From: the human T2T-CHM13v2.0 reference genome, Homo sapiens
DNA: 64,000 nucleotides
Assembly: GCF_009914755.1 (NCBI RefSeq)
Contig: NC_060925.1
Strand: one strand, 5' to 3'
Part shown: one piece after another, positions 44,881 to 63,126 of the stretch
How the letters are laid out: each line of letters begins with the position of its first letter
How positions within the stretch are numbered: position 1 is the first letter of the stretch
Notes under the pieces: generated by a model
Told to the model about the DNA's origin: nothing
The model's database searches: none
Seen by the model: only the letters and a program-made list of their open reading frames with translations
Made by a program: the position numbers and the translations under genes

Positions 44881-45640
44881 CAACCCCCTGACTTTGGGCT
44901 TGGCCATGGGATTTATTTTGGCCAATCGAAGGCAGGTAGGAAGGACAGTATGCTTTTTTTCAAGCGGAAGCCATACAGTCATGGCAAAGTTCTTCCACCT
45001 CGAGAGCCTCGGATAGCCGTTGTTTCTTCATCCTGGGTCCGGATGCAGGCATGTGGAGCAGACCTGACCTAGACTGAATTCAAGAGTCCAGCCTGGCCCA
45101 GCCAGCATCAGCTGAACTGCAGTTGACTTGGAGACTTAGGAGTGTGAAATAATCATTGATTTTGTAGGACACTGAGATTGGGGGTTTGTTTTCTTCATGG
45201 CATTATCACGGCAAGACCTGGTTAAGACAGCTAGTAAGGTGGATTTTACTGGAAGCAATGTCATAGAAGACTTACATTATACATCACAGAGGATTTTAAA
45301 AATCCTCCTTCAACATCTTTGTTTTTGTCCCAAATGGCTTCTCTGGGCATGAGGCATATCCTCTTCTCTTTCTTTTTTTCCCAAACAGGCTCTAAAATGA
45401 GTGGGAGATGTGAAGGATTTCCTGGAAGAGGTGGGAAGACTGCTGTCAAACAGATACCCTGGCAGAAGGATCTGAGGCCTGAGACCCAAGCTGCCCCGCC
45501 TGCCCAGAACTCGGATGGGGTCTGCCCTTACTTCCCACTCGCCCCTGCCAGACTTCCCCTAAATCCTCTCCTGGACCCCACAATCTTGCTCCTTCCCCTG
45601 GTGTGACTTCAGCTCCTGGAGGACAAGAAACACATCTGTG

Positions 45641-45800
45641 GCCAGTTCACGGTGGCCCACACCTTTAAACCTCAACACTTTGGGAGGCCAAGGAGGGTGA
45701 ATCACTTGATACCAGGAGTTCAAGGTTGTAGTGAGCTATGATCGCGCCACTGCACTCCAGCCTAGGTGACAGAGTGAGACCCTGTCTCTAAAAAAGAAAA
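45641..45800 (+). mobile_element. Monomeric Alu (FAM/FRAM-like)
   Basis: ~155-nt single Alu arm with A tail. Confidence 0.75.
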
Positions 45801-48800
45801 GATATGCATCTGCTGGGGTCATCACTCTCCCCAAAGCAAGGCTGGGCACACAGGTGATTCGTATATGCTGGCTGGAAGGGAGGGAAGCAGAGCCACCTGG
45901 GATTGATCATCTCCCAGTGAGAATACTCCCAGTCCCTGTTGTGTGTCCCCACGGCCACAAGGCGTCAGTAAAGACCTTGGCTTGGAGTTGTCTGGAGCCA
46001 GGAAAACAGACTGGACTTTGAGGGCAGGACACCTCACCTGAAGGTGCTTTAGTTAGGTTCAGCACATCTGAAAGAGAGAGAGAGAAATAGGGGTGGTAGA
46101 ACTGAGCAGTTGACAGAAGGGGACTCCAGGACTTGTCTCAGAGAGTAAGGGGCTGTGTTCTCTGCCCTTCATTCACTTATTCTACAATTGTTTGTTCATT
46201 TCTAGTACATGCCAAGCACTATTTTAGGTGCCAAGGTCCTAGCAGCTCACTCACAAAGTCCCTGCTCACATAGAGTAGATAGTAGATTACTGTCTAGACA
46301 GAAAACAAACAAAAAAACACGATAATTTCATGGGGTGATAAGTGCCGTGAAGAAAATAAAATGGAAATGGAATAGTGACTGTGTTGCAGGGGGCGTCTTT
46401 CAGAGAGATGGTCAGGGAAGCTCAAGGGGAATCCAAAGCCTTCATAAAAAGTCAGAGCTGCCAAGGCTCCCAAGGGACCACTGGTCCCGTAGCCTCATTT
46501 TGCAGCTGGGAAAACTGAGGCCTAGTAAGCCAAGGCAGAGCCCAGAGCTGAGCCCGAGTCTCTCGACCTCCAGATGGCTGGATGGCTTCCTCCTCTCCTC
46601 CCCTCACATCCTTAACCTCCCCCATGTCATCTTAGGGGGAAGGAGCAGATACAGGGGTGCTCTCAGAACGTGGGCATTAAACAGGGACCAGGGGAGTGAA
46701 GGGCAGCAAACAATACGAAACCACACAACAATGGGAAAGAAGTTCCACGAAGTTCAGATTTTTCCCATGCTGCAATTCTGAGCCTTTTTTTTTTTTTCAA
46801 AAATATTATGCATCAAATTCTTCTTCTGAAGTTTGGTTTTGGTGCCTCTGCTTTGCCTGTTTGAGGGGTATGACTGTGGAGAGTCATATGGGAGCCTTGG
46901 TTCCCTCACCTGCAAAATCCGAACCCAACTTTCCTGACTCCAGCAGTACTGTTGTGTGCAGCCTTTGTAAAGACCACAGGCACCCCCTCCCCATGGCTGT
47001 GCGGGTCTGGTCCCTTCCCTCTGCTTCTGAGCCCATCCCCGCTTGCCCACCCCAGCCCTGAGTCTGTCCACAGGAACATCCGACACAAGCGCACTTTGTT
47101 ACAGACTCACTGTGACACCATGAGGTGGTTTTGGGTTTGTTCTCATGCCCGATTTGCCAACCAGGAAGCAGGCTTGCATGTGTGAGAGGGCTTGCTGAAG
47201 GTTGCACAGCCAGTAAGTGACAGAGCCAGGACTTGAACAGAAAGTTCCATTCAGTTTTCTCTACTCAAGGCTTCCATCCAAAATGACAACAACAGCAACA
47301 ACCACCACCCAACGCTTTGGTGTTTGGGGATCTAAGCTTCATTTCTCTGAAAATGCACTGATGTGCAATGTGGATTTCGTGTTGGTCGAGGTGTCCAGGT
47401 GGTGTCACTTGGTGTGGTGCTGCCACCTGCCGAGAAAAGATGGGTGTTGCATCCCATCTCAAGCAGGCGCCGTCCAGGCCGAACCCAACTGTAGAGGCCT
47501 TTTCAATGCTTTTAAGTCCACTAAAAAGCGCAGCAAAGAAGCCCCAGACATGGGTCACTTGACCCATGGAAACACTGAGGTCCAAAAAGATCCTTTAAAC
47601 AATTCATCTACCTTTGTTGACCTGACTTCCTCTTTTCCCATTTCCCACTGACCATGGCATCCTGTCTCCTGCCTCTCCACTCCCCTGGAATTGCTCTGGC
47701 AAAGTCATTTTGACTTTCTGATTGCCCAATTGAACAGCCTCTTTTTAGTCCTCACTTTACCTGACTTTTCAGCAGCATTAGGAACCCCTGACCACACCCT
47801 CCTTTGGGAAACATCTCCCTGGGCTTTCAGGACACCTTTCTGCTGTTTCTCTCCCACTTCCCCAGCTGCTAATTCTCGGCCTCTATCCAAGGTTCTGTCC
47901 TTGGCCACATTCTTTTATCACTGGGCATCATCATTCCCAAGGCAACAATGGATGTGCTAATACCCCCCCAAACAAAGTTACTGTCAGTCCAGACCTAATT
48001 CCTGAGCTCCAGACCCATTTATCTGGCCCTCTTCCTCCTAGATGTCCACCTTGGATGGCCTGATGTGTCCATCCTAATCTATCCTGCTCCCTACAGCCTG
48101 CTCTTCCTGCTAGGATTCACCTCATGGAAGAGTCACTCTGTGCCCCAAGCCACACCCCTGGGAATCATTTTCCACTCCTTTCCTGTAGCCTCCACATCAG
48201 TGGGTCATTATCGTGACTGCAGGATCCATTCCCATCTTCTTCCCAGTAGCAGAACCTCTGAATTCTGCTTACACATATGGCCACCCAGAATAAAGACTAC
48301 ATTTCTGAGCCTCTTTTGTAGTTAGGGGCAGAAAACTTCCAGAAAGTTCACGACTCCTCTTTTCTCTTTTTTTCTGGCTGGAATGTTGATATGGTAGCTC
48401 GAGCAGCCTTTTTGGATCATGAGGTCTAACCCACAAATGACAAAGCAACAAGGTGGTGGGGCCTAGATGCTGACACTATGGATAACTACACCCATTCTGG
48501 ACTACCTACCTGGTTCTTTTTATTTAAGCTACTGTTTTTCTGTCACTCAAAGCCACGTGCATAATCCTAAGTAATCGAGATAGAGTCGTTCATTCTTCAA
48601 AAGAATATTCATGTATGCTAGACATTGCATTTCATGCTTTCTCAGCGCTCTCCATTTCTCCCACCTGCCCCTCTCAAATCCATTCTACTCACCACAGCCA
48701 GAGTGACCTTTCCAAAACACAAACCCAACTGTTTCCACTCGGCTCATGTCGTCTGTGACTCCCCATTACTAACAGAATCAAGTTCAAGCTCCTCAGCCTG

Positions 48801-49195
48801 CCACTAAGGGTCACCCCTCTTTGACCCTTGCCTACTCCGAGCACAACCCTTCCCCCGCTGACCATGCACCCTACACACTAACCACCCCGGACTTGTTGCC
48901 TTTCCTAGTAAAGTCTTATTCATTCATGTCACTCGGCATTTGCACACATTGTCACCTCCCTTGGAATTTCCTTCTTTCACGTGCTCATGTTCAAATTCTA
49001 CCCCATCCTTCCCACTGTGTAAGTACCTAGTATGTGTTATGAACTGTGGTCAGTGTTTTCACAGCAGCAACTCATGGGTAAGGCCCCTTACTATCCTCAT
49101 TTTACAGACAAGGAAACTGAGACTCAAAGAAGGGAAGTGAGTTGCCACAGATGAGTATTCATAGTGATGACTGCTACCAGGTCTACTAAATCTAA

Positions 49196-49492
<297 letters not shown>

Positions 49493-50057
49493 CAACAATT
49501 CTCTTTATGTAGGACTCAGGCCTCTGATATCTTCCCCATCTGTACCAAGTACTCTGGGGCATAGGAGACTTGAGTTCTAATCTCAACTGAGCCACTTATT
49601 ACTGTCACTTGGCTGTGGTGGAGGCTGCTGGTTGTCTACCAAAATCCATTTCCCCTCTTCCAGAGTAATTAAGTTACTGATGAACACATTGTCGCCAGCT
49701 AGAAACCGTATTTCCCAGCCTTCCTTACTGCAAAGTGTGCTCATGTAATTAAATTCTTGTCAAGAAAATCTGAAAAGTGACATGAGTCACTGGGCCTTAG
49801 AACACCAGGTGTGCTCACCTCCTCAGTCTCACCTTCCTGAGAGCCAGACACAAAGATGTCCATGACCCAGATTCCGCTCTGCAGAAAAAGATAGAAAAGG
49901 AAAGAAAGCCAACTTGGACTTTGAGGAGACATCTTGGCCCACGAGGTTGGAGTCATGAAAAGCAGAGCAACAGGAAGCAAGCAATCTGGGTCTGAATGAC
50001 GGAGTGGAATCAGAAAGAAGTCTTTTCTGCTCTGCAAGCCACTTTAACATCTTTCTG

Positions 50058-50332
50058 GGCCAGGTACGGTGGCTCATGCCTGTAATCCCAGCACTTTGGG
50101 AGGCCCAGGCAGGGGGATCATTTGAGCCCAAGAGTTTGAGATCGGGCTGGGTAACATAGTGAGACTCCATCTTTACAAAAATTAAAAAATTAGCTGGATG
50201 GGGTGGCGTGCGCCTGTAGTCCCAGCTACTTGGGAACAGGAGGATTGCTTGAGCCCAAGGAATTCAAGGCTGCAGTGAGCTGTGATTGTGCCACTGCACT
50301 CCAGAGTGAGGCTCTGTCTCAAACAAAACAAA
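50058..50332 (+). mobile_element. Alu (J-like) inside an MLT1-type LTR
   Basis: Sense Alu. Confidence 0.85.
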
Positions 50333-51633
50333 ATGAAATCCACTTTTCTTGTTCTCTTTGTTGTAGCAGCTAACACTTAAATATTTCTTACTATGTGCGA
50401 GGCACCATCCCAATTATGTTAAATATTTTAACTCAATAAATTACTAGCTGTGTGGAAGCAGGCAAGTCATTTCGTCTCTGTAAGCCACAGTTCCCTCATC
50501 TCTCTATAACCTGGAATAATAATGCGCTAGCTTAGATGACAGCGAGTCAGGTGAGATATCATGAGTCAGTACTGAATGACCTAACAAGCAGACAGCTCAT
50601 GTGTTTAAGGTACTAGCTGCAAATTTGAAAGACTTTGATGCGAAGAAGAAAAAGGGGAGGACGAGGAGGAGAAGAAGATAAAGTATTGCTATTGCAAAAT
50701 AGCCATGGAAAGATTTGGGGCTTCCTTACACTGATTTTACAGCTAAGCAGTATTTTATTTTGAATCACATACAGGGGAACAAGAAAACTTACCCAAGCTA
50801 CGTGGGCTATAAACGAGGGAGAGGTGGTTTCCCAAAGGAATTTTTGGGAAACCTTTTATCAGGAGAAGGGTGACTAAATCCTGGAAGGCATAAATAGCAG
50901 ACGCCTACTTCTGCCCTTGGGTCTTTCTCCGCTGGCTGAAGAGCCCCGTCCTTCAGCCATTTGCGTGGGACATGGTTTGAAGTCCTCCCTGCCCACCCTG
51001 GACCCCTTCTCTGGACATACTCACAGCTATTGCTGACTCAGCACTGCTGTGCCAAGTTGGAAATAGCTATTGCTATTGGGAACTTACTGCATGCCAGGCA
51101 CCGTGCTAAGTACATCAGCCAATAGCTCGTTTAATCCCATCTGTTGAGTGTGTAAGTATTGGAACATATTTTAGTTTAGAAACAAAAACAGAGGCTAACA
51201 GTGGTAAAGTGGCTTTGCCAAATGTCATGTATGTAGTTTGGAGCCAGATTCAAACCCAGAAGGGCCTGAAAGACTCAAGCTAGCAGCAGGGCCTGAGAGA
51301 CAAGCCCAGGTCTGACGCCAAGTCTCTCAGGCCCTGCTGCTCGTCTGTCTGTGTTGCTGTCTCATTAGGGGCAGAAGCACCACTCCACAGACGTCTCTGA
51401 GGAGAGCCGGACCACCCCTGTCCTTCGTTTAAATCCAGAAGCTTGGCTGGGCGCAGTGGCTCCTGCCTGTAATCCTAGCACTTTGGGAGGCTGAGGCGAG
51501 CAGATCACTTGAGCCCAGGAGTTCGAGACCAGTCTGGGCAACATGGCACCCCGCCCCCCCGCCCCCGCCCCCCACTAAAATAGGGAGCTGAGCGCAGGAC
51601 CCATTGAAGTCTGTGTGACACTCAAGATTCTAA

Positions 51634-52900
<1,267 letters not shown>

Positions 52901-54301
52901 GCACTTCCTAATGCCCTCTGAGCCACACAGGGGGCGATGGTGAGCCTTACAGTCTGGTGGAGAAAGACCCCTCAGCGACTCTGATACACAAGGTAATAGG
53001 CCTTTGGATGTGGAAAAGGCCCTATGGAGGGCATTTCAGGCTGAGGAAATGGCACAGGCAAAGGAACAGAGGCTTGGCGGCACGAGGAACATCGTGCATG
53101 AGGAGCCTGGGGTGGCTGGAGTTGAGGGTGGGAAGGCACTTGGAGGCTGGGTGGGGCAGGGCTCTGTCCTTCTCGTCCCTGTGGTCATATTTCCCAGCCA
53201 CAGCTCCACCTGAGCAGCTCACGGGTCAGGCACTTAACATCACCTTGGTTCATTCTCACAAGAAGCTTATCGTGTCTCTATTTGACAGACGAGGGGACTG
53301 CACTCAGAGTAGCTTCCTTTATTTCTTCTATCCATCAGGGCACACTTTGGGCCCTGGGCCTTTACTCATGCCCAGTCCCCCAACCTGTGTGTCCTCCCCA
53401 AGCTGACCCACATCCCACTCTTTTATCAGCACCAGCCCTCAGGGCCGTCCAGACGCTGAGCTGCTCAGCAGTGCCTCCTTAGAGCCCTCAACATGAGACT
53501 CTACGTTGCATGCTCCAGGCTGGCCAGATCTCAAGCCCCAAAGTATATGCAGGTGTCCTCTTCCCAGACCAGCTACAGGATAAGGGCCATGGTTGTTCAG
53601 CCACAAACCCACTTTGGCCAGGCAGCACTGCACTGCTTGCAGTGTGCTCTCAGAAACCCAGCCTCATGTGAATCTTTGCACACACATTCTTCAGATGTTG
53701 GAATTATTCTCTCCATTGGATGGAAGAAGGAATCAAAGCCTAAGGAGGCCCAGTAACTTCCTCTGCAATTCACAGCCTCAGAGTGGCAGATCAGCTCTGG
53801 GACTCTGCTCTTATCCCACCCAGGCTCAGGTCCTTGGCCAGATCCAGCCTGGGAAGGGGACAGGCCCTGGATATGGTGGGGTGGACATGCTCACCTCACC
53901 TCTTACTGAGGTGTGACTTGGAGTAATTCTCTGAGTGCCCCAGTTTTCTGACCTCTGGAATGGGGATAAACTACCTAGCAGTGCTATTTACAGGGTTGGG
54001 CGGTGATTAAAGAGAGACTGGAAAAGAAAGAGTGCCACTGGGCACTCCCCGTCAGTTCCCACCATGCCTGCACGCAGCAGCCACTCAGTAAGCACTTATT
54101 TGGTCTTATAGTTGGCACTAATCTTGTCCCAGCACTTCTAACAACAGGGTGGCATGAAGAGTTAGGCCACGATGGATTAAGGAATTCAAGAGGATTACTT
54201 AGTAATCAGCTAAACCACTTAAGCTGCCTGGGAAAAGGCTAGGATCAGACTGATCATTAATTTATTCGATAAATGACTGTTGAACACTTATCTGACCTGG
54301 A

Positions 54302-54387
54302 GTGATGACGATGATGATGACAATGACGATGATGATAATGATGATGACAATGACGATGATGATGACAATGACAATTATGATAGTGAT
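54302..54387 (+). repeat. Imperfect (GAT/GAC/AAT)n trinucleotide microsatellite
   Basis: gtgatgacgatgatgatgacaatgacgatgatgataatg... Confidence 0.92.
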
Positions 54388-54609
54388 GGCAGCGCTCAGT
54401 TATTGAGAATCTACCATGTGTGGGGTATTTTGTATAGAGTCTCATCACATCAAACCTGTAAGGTTGATACATTTACATTTTGTTGTTTTTGTTCTGTAAT
54501 GGGGAAGGTGCTGGTCAGGTCTGAGACTAAGGTGAGGCAAAAGAGATACCCAGGGCATAAATTTAAAGAGTCCCTTGCTGTTGGGAACCAGAGTTCCCAC
54601 CCCAGTGCT

Positions 54610-55372
<763 letters not shown>

Positions 55373-57327
55373 GTGTTGCTTGTTGGAGTAACCCCTTTCT
55401 AGCTGGTTAAAACACAGCCTTTCTAATATTCTAATACAAAGGTATCTCCAAAAAGTGCTGTTATCAGGGATAACAGCACTTACTACAAACCACACTGCTC
55501 TCAATACTTTACCTGCACTAACTTGTTTAATCTCCACAGCAGTTCTGCAGGGTGGTACTATTAGCATTCCCATTGTAGAGATGAGTTCAAGGGAAATTAT
55601 ACTTTTCTTGAAGGAAAAAAAACCACACACACAAATGACAGCTTGTTGATAAAATCCAGTCAACCAAAAGATAATTCAAAATAAAGAACATCAGCCTGGA
55701 AACTTTCATATGAATAGGAAAACAAAACAAAACAACAACAACAAAAGGATGGGAAAATGACTTGTGTCATGACTCAGTTCTCAACCCTGAGGAAGCCTGA
55801 TTTCTGACCCCCAAGATCCAGCCTAGGTATAAGAGAGAAATCCACAGCACCCTTTGGCAACAGGTTGCTTTAGGAGGCAGCCCTGGGGGAGACATGAGCG
55901 ACACCCTGTTGGCACCACGGAAGCTCGTGTGATTATCTTAGGAGAGCCAAGATGCGGGAGGTGTGGTGGCTTCCTTGAGGTCAGGCAGCTAGTAAGAGTT
56001 GCTTCTGAACTGGACCCTGAGGCTGTCAGACGACAAGCCCATTGCTCTCCTCACTGTCTCTACACGTACTCTCTCTTCCCCTGGTAGGGGATGGTAGGGT
56101 CAGAAGCCTCCAAACAGTATCAGGGATTTGGGGATCCAGGCTGTGGGATGCCCCAGCCTCATCTTCTCCCCTGTCCATCTGTCTGCTGTCCAACTTGTCA
56201 GCAGTCCCTTTTGGAGGGATGCAGGAGGGAAGAGCTCAGCAGCTGGACTCTCTCCTCCGCTTCCCCCTTAACTCTGGAAAGAGGCAGGTGTTGGGGTTTT
56301 CGTTGTAATCCCTTCCATATGGAGAGCACTTCAGAGTTTGCCAACTGCTTATCAACCCATCTCTGAATTTGTTCCTTACTAATTGTGAGGGTTATTGCTT
56401 TGTAATGTAGCAGGGCAGGGATATTAGCCCCATTTTACTGGTGTGGAAACTGAGGGGAGAGAGAAGGGAATCAGGGAAGTGTTCAGCTCAGGGTCAAACC
56501 CTCCTGTACTAATTCAGCCCTGTGGTTTCTGTCTCTGGCCTGGGGTTCTGGGCAAAGCAGCGGGGCGGTGGGGTGGGCAAATGCCAGCCCCTCTGAGCCC
56601 AGAGCTCAGGCCAGTCCCTTCCCAGAAGGCTCTCTTCCTTTCTCTCTTCATCCTGTCCCAGAAATCCCATGATCTTAGGGAGACCTTTATTCATTTGCCA
56701 AACACCTCCTGTCACCAGCCACATTCCATCCTGGTAGCTTCAGAGCACAGTAGGTCCTGGGAGAACTCACAGGCTGGTGGAGGGTCACATCCACAAAAAA
56801 GCCTGGCTTGAGAGTCAAGCCCAGCTGCTGGGGACAGAAGGTCTCAGCCTGGTGTTCCCCTCCAGTGTCCCTGGAATCCATGCTCTCCTAGAGAATGCCC
56901 CACCACCGCAGCGTCTCTGACCCGGCCTCCTCCCTGACTTCAATCTCTTTCCCAGCTTTTCTCCCACATCTCAGAAGCACCTAGGGATTTTTCCAGAGTG
57001 AACTGCAGAGGGTGGCCAGGAACTCACGCTGGTGCTCAGGACTCTGAGGCCAAATCCTGCCAGGCCTGGGCACACTCCACAACCCTCATGTGTAGAATGA
57101 GGACTGTGCTTGCCTCACGAAGTTGTCGTAAAGCCATTCGACCTTTCTTGTACCTTCTAGACACCCCACACCTTCCCCAAACATTCATCGTACTTGTGTG
57201 CCTTCCTGCCTTGAAACAGGCTCCTCTCCTAAAAACATATTCATCACTCAAGGCTCTGTTCATCACGTCAAATGTCACCGCTTCCCTGAAGCCTGAACTG
57301 ACCCCAACCTCAACTATTAATAGCTGA

Positions 57328-57664
<337 letters not shown>

Positions 57665-58309
57665 GCTTAGCACTGTTTTCTAGAACTCATCACAGTCTTC
57701 CTTGCAGCAAGATTAGTTTGTTTTCAGGCCTATCACCCACCTCCTCCCACCTGGGCTGTGATTCCATGAGAACATGCACCAGGTTGACACACGGCCTGGA
57801 ATAAAATCAGCACCAATTTGTAGAATAATAATTGCCGTCACTTACTGAGAACTGCCCAGGTATTTGGCACTGTGCTAAAGGCAGCGTAACTACCTGAGGA
57901 GACGGGGACCATCTCCCTCTGGGAAACCGCCTCAAAAATCAGAACGGATGGTGTCTTGGGCAAAGGAGAGAGTCAGGGTCCAAAGCTAGGCTGTCTGAAC
58001 TCGGTGCCACCCAGCTCCTCTCTGGCAGAGCACCAAGCTCCCCCCACCCTACCCTAGGAGCTGGGAAGCCCAGTGGGTTACCCCACCACCCAGTGGCAGC
58101 CTCTGCCCTCCAGGTTGTGACATAACAATTGCACAACCCACGAGATATTTTTGAAAGAAACTGTCGGTTTCCTCTCCTGGGCACTGCTGGGGACTGTGGC
58201 CCCCATGCCATCCAGTGTCTTCAGCAACCTTGGGACTTTGGAAGCTAAATATAGTCAGGGCTCGGGGTGATAAGGAAATGAAAACGGCAAGACTGTAAAG
58301 TGACCCAGT

Positions 58310-58315
58310 TTTATT
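58310..58315 (-). terminator. CITED4 poly(A) signal AATAAA
   Basis: tttatt on the + strand ~500 nt past the stop; TG/T-rich sequence downstream on the minus strand. Confidence 0.8.
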
Positions 58316-58812
58316 TTGGTTTTGGAGGCCAGACAGGGCATTGCTCCACGGGTTCGGGCTGTACAACCTTCCCCTCCTTGAGGTGGGAGGCCCAGCAACC
58401 ACAGGGCCCAGGCAGCGGGGTGGGAGGCTCAGGAGATGGTGGCTCTGGGGACCCGATCCCGAGGAGAGAGGGGGCAGCAGGCAGAGGCCTGCAATGGCTC
58501 AGATTGGGGGAAGAGGGCGGCGAGGGGGAGAGGACACGATCCAAGAACCAGAGTCCGAAAGCTGAAGCTGGTCCGGTCTCTTTCACTTTACGGCCGAGGC
58601 TGGGGTCAGAGAAGTGAAGCCAAACTGTCCTCCCGCAGGAGGCAAGGCCTGGAGGGACGCCAGGGTCCCAGTCCGGTGCCGGGCCCTGCGCACACAGCCG
58701 CCGCCTCCACCCTCGCGGAGGGCGCGCGCGGGGCCCAGTCGCTGGGTGCAGGGTCCGGCGGGCAGTCGGGCCCTTTCTCCTCTCCGGCACGCCGGGCGGG
58801 CGCCGGCCGCCC

Positions 58813-59367
58813 TCAGCAGCTCACGGAGCCGGCGGGCGGCGCGGACCCCAAGTCCGAGAAGCAGTCGAACTCGCTCTGGCCCAGGAAGAGCTCGGGCAGC
58901 TCGCGCACGCGGTGCAGCCCGAGCTCCAGCTCCAGCGACGTCAGCGCCTCCTCGTCGATGAGTTCGGCGTCCATGCCGCCCAGGGCGTGCGCGGGCGGCG
59001 GCGGGGCTGCGGCGCTTGGCGCCGGCTGCGGGCCCGGGGGGCCTCCCGGAGCGTTGGGGGGCGCGGCCGCGCGGCCGGGGTACGGCGTCGCCACAGGCTG
59101 CAGGTGCGCGATGCCCGCGGCCGGCGGAGGCACGGCCGGAAAGGGCTGGAAGGAGGACGGCGGCCCGAAGGCCCCGTACGCCAGGGCCCCGGGTTGGCGG
59201 GGCGGCGGCGGCCCCAGCGGAGCCCCCCGCGGCCTCAGCCCACTGTCCAGGCCCGGGCCCGCGTACGGCGGCAGAGTCCGGAGCGCATGAGGGCCATGGG
59301 CGGCCGCGGCGGACGGCGGCCTCTGCACCAGGCGGTAGCCCTCGGCGAGCATCAGGTGGTCGGCCAT
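58813..59367 (-). CDS. CITED4: CITED4, CBP/p300-interacting transactivator 4 (184 aa, intronless)
   Basis: [12 protein letters not shown]-terminus; C-terminal CR2 domain [40 protein letters not shown]; perfect Kozak GCCGCCATGG. Confidence 0.98.
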   Translation of the reverse strand: MADHLMLAEGYRLVQRPPSAAAAHGPHALRTLPPYAGPGLDSGLRPRGAPLGPPPPRQPGALAYGAFGPPSSFQPFPAVPPPAAGIAHLQPVATPYPGRAAAPPNAPGGPPGPQPAPSAAAPPPPAHALGGMDAELIDEEALTSLELELGLHRVRELPELFLGQSEFDCFSDLGSAPPAGSVSC

Positions 59368-59599
59368 GGCGGCAGGCCGGCTGCCTGCGGGGACAGCGCG
59401 CGGTGGTCAGCGCCGGCTCCCCCGGCCCGGGCCAGCGGCTCCTCTGCGGCGGGAGACCCGGGCACCGTGCGGTCCCTGCAGCTCGGCCGGGCGGAGCAAA
59501 ACCAAACCCGACTGGTGCCCCGGCCCAGCCCACTACTGCGCACCTTGCGGCCGCAGCCTGGGGTCACAAAGGCCCGCAACCTGTAGTGCTCCGAAACCT

Positions 59600-59810
59600 C
59601 CGCGTCGCGTAGCTGGGCTCGGCGTATTCTTATACCCAGAGGCGGGGCTTCCCCGCCCTCGGACGCTCATTGGCTGGGCGAGACGCTTCTGGGCGGGCCG
59701 CGCACGCCTGCATCTAGGTCTTGGCCCCGCCCCCCCACTGGAACCCCGCCCCTTGGGACTCCGGCCACGCCCCAGGCTCTGAGCACCGCCCTGGGGCGGG
59801 GTATTTGGCA
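59600..59810 (-). promoter_or_regulatory. CITED4 core promoter
   Basis: On the minus strand: TATAAG (59629-34), GC boxes (~59641-58, ~59725-50, ~59793-801), CCAAT (59669-73); implied TSS ~59600. Confidence 0.8.
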
Positions 59811-60456
59811 CTTTCGGAGGGATTCGGTCTGGCCCTCAGGGCTTCGGAATCGGACTTGGCTGGGGTAGAGCTTGAACTGACCAGAAGGTGGGGTGGGAGG
59901 GCCAGAGTTTTAGGCCCCCCAAGAGCTGCAGGATGTCAGGCCTACGCAACCTTTTAACTTTCCAGGTAGAGACCGAGGCTCAGTGGCGGAAGAGGCTTCC
60001 TGGAAATACACAGCAAAGCCTTGATCAAAGTGAGACTGCACAGCTACACAGGGCGCATGCACCTTAGCGGTGCAGGGTCCCCGCAGGAGGTCAGCTGTCC
60101 ATTCCCATAACCCCCAGGAGAGCCTGTTGCTCCCCCTCTAGTTCCCACTGCACCTTGTCTGTTGAAGCATGTACTTAGTTGTTATTAATTTATGGGCACG
60201 TCTCCTGAAGGACTTGTTCATCTTCTTCTTCTCAGCACTTGGCCCAGAGCCTGGCCCAGAGCAGGCTTTTAGTAAAAGCTGAGTGAATGAACTAATGATG
60301 GAATGAATTGCAACTCTCAGCTGAGCCTCAGTTTCTTCATCTGTAAAAGGTAAAGAACAGCAGCACTGACCCTTTGTGAGGGGTAAGTGAGGGCATGTGT
60401 GTACAGTGCCTAGCACAGTGCCTGGTATGTGGTAGATGCTCAAAAGTGTCCCTTAG

Positions 60457-60780
<324 letters not shown>

Positions 60781-61764
60781 AAGGCTATTTAAGTTCTGTC
60801 CCAAAGGGCCTTCTCTTGATAACAGCAATAATAACTTGGACTTTTAAAGTGCTTTACATTCTACAAGTATTTTGTTGGGGGCAGGGCATGGATTATCAGC
60901 CCCATTTCAGTGATAAGGAGAAGCACACAAAGAGAAAGTGGCTGTCCTGAGGTCACAGGCAGCCAGAGTTAGCGTGTGAATGCCATGTGTTTTCCAAGTC
61001 CTTAGGGCAACTGGAGTCTTTCCTGTGGCCAGGAGACAGCCTCCCAGAACCTTACCCTCCACGCATTTGACACTCTCTCTCCCTTCTCTGACCTTCCCCC
61101 GACCTGTGGCATCCTTGGGACTTCCTGGAACTTGGGTTTATCCAGTTGATGTAGAGGGGAGAGCCCTAGAGTGAGAATTCAGGGGCCCAAGGTCTTTTCT
61201 TCCCTCTTTCTTCTTATTTTTTTAAATAGAGAAGGGAGCAGGGGGGAGGGGCGGCGTGGGGGAGTGAGGAGGGCCTCAGGCTTATCTCGAATCCCTGGCC
61301 TCAAGTGACCCTCTCACCTCAGGCTTCCAAAGTGCTAGGATTACAGGCATGAGCCACTGCGCCCAGCCAGAGGCCCAAGTTCTAATCATATCTCTGCCAC
61401 CCACAGGTGTGTGACCTCCACCACCAACCAGCTGTGACTGTTGAGTGTTGAGCGGGGAGTATTACTTGATTCCCCAGGGCCTCAGCTTTCTGCTCTGTGA
61501 AAGGGAGACGGTGATCTTGCCTGGTCAGCCTGAGAGCTTGTGGGTAGTGATAAATGACCATGGGTGTGGTCACATTTTTGCAAAGTGTAAAAAGCTACAC
61601 CCTGGAATTTATTCTCCTGAATCTTTCTCTACAGGTAAGGCTTCTCACAGAAATTCTTAAACCTGGCCATGCCTCACACTTATCTGGAGATGTGGGGGGT
61701 AAGGGGTGGGTGAGTGGGGGCTTTGATAAAGACGGAAAATCTCTGCCCAATTTGGGAGATGAAA

Positions 61765-63126
<1,362 letters not shown>

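Larger units (their letters stand above)
58560..59850. promoter_or_regulatory. CpG island over CITED4
   Basis: Very high GC and CpG density. Confidence 0.9.

Noticed and set aside
59368-59410. Possible non-AUG N-terminal extension of CITED4, as proposed for other CITED genes
   Set aside because: An in-frame TGA lies 14 codons upstream (59407-09), with no CUG or GUG codon in between.
58583-59533. 316-aa ORF overlapping CITED4 in another frame, and antisense ORFs of 198-284 aa
   Set aside because: Mostly non-ATG starts and low-complexity Ala/Arg/Gly/Pro products; long stop-free frames are expected in very GC-rich DNA.
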